The position numbers and the translations under genes are program-made. 61,627 bases of DNA from Deltaproteobacteria bacterium (lineage in GTDB: Bacteria > Desulfobacterota_D > UBA1144 > Nemesobacterales > CSP1-2). Location of the stretch: contig JBQTHB010000009.1 of assembly GCA_052390235.1 (NCBI GenBank), positions 1 to 61,627 of the forward strand. The letters run 5' to 3'. The notes under the pieces were generated by a model, which did not search any database, was not told where the DNA came from, and saw nothing but the letters and a program-made list of their open reading frames with translations. Every line of letters begins with the position of its first letter. The first letter of the stretch is position 1. Below, one piece after another: positions 58,419 through 61,627 of the stretch.

Positions 58419-58561
58419 TGCTATATCCTAGAGCAGTTACAGCGGTTCGCACAATACGCCCACCCCTTTTTCATCCTGATACCATCGGACAGAGGCATCT
58501 CGAGGGGGTGGAATCCTAAATCTCTGAGATTTCTTATCCCACGCTCTCCCTCTTCGCACCC

Positions 58562-59515
58562 CTAGAGCTTGGATAAATACCTCATGCCGGAATCCGGCAG
58601 CAGAGCGATAATCACATCCCCTTTTCGGGCAGAGGGTTTCGCGTATTGGAGAGCCGCCGCCATGACCGCCCCTCCCGACGGCCCCACAAATATCCCCTCT
58701 CGCCGCACAAGTTCGTCCAAGCAAGCCCTCGCCTCTTCGGAGCTAACCTGAATCACGTCGTCAATGTAGGCGAAATCTACGACTCCGGGGATAAAGTTTT
58801 TGCCTATCCCCTCAATATCAAAATTCCCGAGGGCCTCAACCGACGCCCCCGACGCGCTCGGCACTGCGCCCGTTTTAAGGTAACCCCTGTAGGCAGAGCC
58901 GCGAGGCTCGACGCCTATGATTTTAATTTGGGGGACGCGCTCTTTTAAATATTTCCCCACTCCGGTTGCCGTGCCGCCCGTTCCCATGCCGCAGACGACG
59001 ACATCAACCCTGCCCGCGGTATCGCGCCAAATCTCAGGGGCCGTCGTCCGGTAGTGGGCTTCGGGGTTTAGCGGGTTATAGTATTGATTCACGTAAAATC
59101 CGCCCCGCTCCGAGGCAATTCTCTGAGCGACTCTGTAGCAACTCCTCTCATCGGATGGAAGAAGTCCCCCCGGCGTGAGGATCACCTCAGCCCCAAATTG
59201 GCGCAGGATTTGAATCTTCTCGGCGCTCACGGATTCGGGAAGGGCAAACACGCACCTATAGCCCCTCGCCGCCCCGACAAGGGCGAATCCGATGCCCATG
59301 TTGCCAGAGGTTGCCTCGACAATTAATCCGCCTGATGTGAGCTCTCCCCTTCGCTCGGCGTCCTGCACGATGTACAGAGCGACCCTGTCCTTGAGGCTTC
59401 CGCCGGGGTTGAGGTATTCGAGCTTCGCGTGGATTTGGGAATCTGGGGCGAGGTTCGCCAGCCTTATAAGGGGCGTTGCGCCGATGAGTTTCAGTATGCC
59501 ATCATATATATTCAT
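58562..59515 (-). CDS. Cysteine synthase/cystathionine beta-synthase family PLP enzyme
   Basis: NPGGSLKDR, EATSGN, GMGTGGT, IEGIG and PDSGMRYLS motifs. Confidence 0.93.
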   Translation of the reverse strand: MNIYDGILKLIGATPLIRLANLAPDSQIHAKLEYLNPGGSLKDRVALYIVQDAERRGELTSGGLIVEATSGNMGIGFALVGAARGYRCVFALPESVSAEKIQILRQFGAEVILTPGGLLPSDERSCYRVAQRIASERGGFYVNQYYNPLNPEAHYRTTAPEIWRDTAGRVDVVVCGMGTGGTATGVGKYLKERVPQIKIIGVEPRGSAYRGYLKTGAVPSASGASVEALGNFDIEGIGKNFIPGVVDFAYIDDVIQVSSEEARACLDELVRREGIFVGPSGGAVMAAALQYAKPSARKGDVIIALLPDSGMRYLSKL

Positions 59516-59533
59516 TGGAGCGGAGTTGGGGTT

Positions 59534-60925
59534 TCAGCCCCTGATTTTAGATATTATCGCCCTTGCCCTCTCGGTTGGCTTCGAGGCAAAAAGATTGATA
59601 ACCCCCTCTCTATACACGCCCGCCATCGCCTCTTGAACCGCCAAGGGGAGAGCCTCATTTAGACGGTCAAACGCCCACTCGTCGGGGCGCGAGATGTTGA
59701 GCCTTATGTAATCCGCCGCTCCAACATCGCCGAGGCCATCTCCGGGATAGACCGCGACTTTCCTATTAAACAGGGCTACGGTGAGTTCCTGCGCCGTAAC
59801 CCCCGCGCCTGACACATCAATCACTGCCGAGAAGCCGTACTGAGGCTCTACGGGAATCGTTAAGCCGGGTACTCGCGCAATTATCTCTTTGAGGCGCGCC
59901 CAGTTTCGCCTTATCAAACCCTCCGACTCCTCGACGTATCCATCGTCTCCTAGGGCGGCAAGCGCCCCGTACTGAGCTATTAAATTTGTATTCAGCCGCG
60001 TTAAGGCAATTTTCGTTATGAGGCAGGCGCGCATAAGCTCCGGCCGCCCTGCCAAAAACCCTATTCGCACTCCTGCCATACCGTAGCCGTGAGAGACGCT
60101 GAAGGTCGAGATAACGTTGTCGGTGTCCGCGTCGAGCGACGCCATCGGGTAGTGGCGCGAGCTTGGGTCAATTTGGTGCGTGTTGTGGGTGATGTCGTTT
60201 ATTATGAGAATTTCCCTATCTCTAGCAATAGCGGCAATCTGGATTAGCTCTCCTCTCGTCTGCACCGTGCCGAAGGGATTCACCGGGTCGCACACCATTA
60301 CGGCCCTCGTGCGGGGCGTGATATAGGACTGAAGCTCGTCCGGGTCGAGGCGGTATCCGTTGCTCCGGCTAAGGGGAATCTTCACAGGCGCTCCCCCGGC
60401 AATGAGAATCGCCGGTTCAAAATGGAAATATCCGGGGTCTGTGATAATGACCTCGTCAGCCGGATTGAGAAATGTCTGAAGGGCGTAGGAGATTGCCGCC
60501 TGCGCGCCTTCAGTGCCTACGACCTCGAAGTCAAGCCCCCTGTCTTTCCCAAATTTACGGGCGCAGGCATCCCTCAGCGGGTTTATCAAATCGGGTGAAT
60601 AGGGGTTGATGTTTGCGGCTACGGTCGCCTCCCGCATCGCCGAAACCGCGCTCCTAGGGGGCCCGGCAAAGCAGGTCATCCAGCCGAAATCTGCCCATTC
60701 GCTGGGGTCTAAATCGGTTCTGCCCTTTCTGTAGATTTCTGCGGGATTGAGGCCGAGAATCGCTATCGCGTCCCGATAGGTCATGTAATTCCACATCCCG
60801 TGGGGGCTTTGCATGACGGATTTCACCCTGTCCGAGAGAAAATCCCGCGCTCCCGATGGCGACTCTGCGCCGCCGCTCCATCCTAGAATAAATCTGTCTT
60901 TTTTCAATTTAATTTCCCATTTCAA
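59534..60925 (-). CDS. Class I/II aminotransferase-fold PLP protein with His at the catalytic Lys position
   Basis: EGAQAA, DPGY, PVNPFGT; SVSHGYGMAGVRIG aligns to the SxSKxxxxxGxRxG motif. Confidence 0.85.
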   Translation of the reverse strand: MKWEIKLKKDRFILGWSGGAESPSGARDFLSDRVKSVMQSPHGMWNYMTYRDAIAILGLNPAEIYRKGRTDLDPSEWADFGWMTCFAGPPRSAVSAMREATVAANINPYSPDLINPLRDACARKFGKDRGLDFEVVGTEGAQAAISYALQTFLNPADEVIITDPGYFHFEPAILIAGGAPVKIPLSRSNGYRLDPDELQSYITPRTRAVMVCDPVNPFGTVQTRGELIQIAAIARDREILIINDITHNTHQIDPSSRHYPMASLDADTDNVISTFSVSHGYGMAGVRIGFLAGRPELMRACLITKIALTRLNTNLIAQYGALAALGDDGYVEESEGLIRRNWARLKEIIARVPGLTIPVEPQYGFSAVIDVSGAGVTAQELTVALFNRKVAVYPGDGLGDVGAADYIRLNISRPDEWAFDRLNEALPLAVQEAMAGVYREGVINLFASKPTERARAIISKIRG

Positions 60926-60996
60926 GCCGCTGGCTGCGCGATGGCAGTTTATCCATTTGACTTTGCTCTCTCATATAGAAAATCCCCCCACCCGTT

Positions 60997-61627
60997 TTAG
61001 GATGCGTTCCGATTATCCGCCCCTCTATAATCGCTACTTTTAATCAAAACCACCGAGTAAATCCCGTAAGGGTCTTGGGTAATCTCCGGGTCGCAAAATC
61101 CCGCCTCAGCCGCCCATTTTATCAAATCCTCCAGCGGGCGCAGATGCCACACGCAACGCTCCCCTTTAGAGTTGACAAGGGCGCGCGCTATGAGTTCAAT
61201 CTGCGGATTATAATTCTGCACGTTAAACAGCAGGGCGTCAGGTTTCACCGTCTGCCGGAGATGGCGAAGGTGAGCGCGTATCAGCCCATCGTCGTGTATG
61301 ATGCCGTAGAGTCCGACCTCGATGACGAGATTGGGCCTCGGGGCAAGACGGCGGAGGCTCTCTACATCCAGCGCGTCCGCCCGCTCAAAGCGCACTTTGC
61401 CGGATAAATTCAGCCTCTCGGCAATGGATTTGCTCTCGGCGAGGGTTTCTTCGTTTATGTCTCGAAGCAGCGCCCGCACATTCGCCGCCTTATTGCCCGA
61501 CTCAACAAGGGCGTCATAGATATAATCGGCTTTGCCGGAGGCGAGGTCGGCTATGAAAAGGGGTTTCCCCCGGCTCCCTGCGATCTGTTTGGCGATTGCC
61601 TCTTTTTGGATTTTCTTAATTGAGCGA
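60997..61627 (-). CDS. Class I SAM-dependent methyltransferase, C-terminal part (joined to 1-390)
   Basis: LLRDINEE, VRFERADALD, EVGLYG, NPQIELIARAL, DPYGIYSV; frame continuous with 1-390. Confidence 0.85.
   Translation of the reverse strand, partial: RSIKKIQKEAIAKQIAGSRGKPLFIADLASGKADYIYDALVESGNKAANVRALLRDINEETLAESKSIAERLNLSGKVRFERADALDVESLRRLAPRPNLVIEVGLYGIIHDDGLIRAHLRHLRQTVKPDALLFNVQNYNPQIELIARALVNSKGERCVWHLRPLEDLIKWAAEAGFCDPEITQDPYGIYSVVLIKSSDYRGADNRNAS
61501..61627. repeat. Terminal direct repeat, right copy
   Basis: Identical to 1-127. Confidence 0.97.

Larger units (their letters stand above)
1..61627. mobile_element. Complete circular plasmid-like replicon (61,500 bp), non-conjugative
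   Basis: End overlap with an intact gene across the join; HTH-parA-rep backbone; no essential housekeeping genes; no transfer genes recognised. Confidence 0.82.

Noticed and set aside
58421..58560. Tiny Cys-containing ORF (MPLSDGIRMKKGWAYCANRCNCSRI) between the cysK-like and lysA-like genes
   Set aside because: No clear RBS or recognisable family; insufficient support.
61501..61627. Terminal repeat as a biological phage DTR or att site
   Set aside because: Length matches an assembler k-mer overlap and it lies mid-gene with the frame preserved.

Overview
The first 127 bp are repeated exactly at the end (61501-61627), and a SAM-methyltransferase reading frame runs intact across that join. The window is therefore most likely a complete circular 61,500-bp replicon, a plasmid of roughly mid-50s %GC whose host cannot be determined with certainty. 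The backbone is a small HTH gene, parA and a Rep-like gene with intragenic iteron-like repeats that recur in the operon's upstream region. I found no relaxase, T4SS, ParB, integrase, transposase, CRISPR array, tRNA or rRNA. Cargo: (i) a ~21-kb minus-strand block spanning the join. It combines a nitrilase-less Nit1C/MSMEG_0565-0572-type cluster with FdrA/DUF1116/DUF2877/carbamate kinase (oxamate carbamoyltransferase-like) genes, followed by a ferritin-like/methyltransferase/Lys-less PLP enzyme/CysK-like/LysA-like operon. (ii) A sugar/redox block (GH63, debranching enzyme, NDH-2, GMC oxidoreductase, aquaporin, glucose dehydrogenase) and a sulfite/nitrite reductase. (iii) A Mu-like phage scrap (truncated MuF with a nuclease-like tail, gpG) between truncated genes. 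(iv) An extracytoplasmic/protease block: two beta-propeller proteins, a PatA/PatG-like S8 protease with a 10-Cys precursor-like peptide, a V8-like protease, a lipoprotein TPR-CHAT, an ECF sigma/anti-sigma pair and a sigma54 activator, with matching promoter motifs that suggest a regulatory cascade. All product calls come from motif and family recognition by eye; no database search was run.
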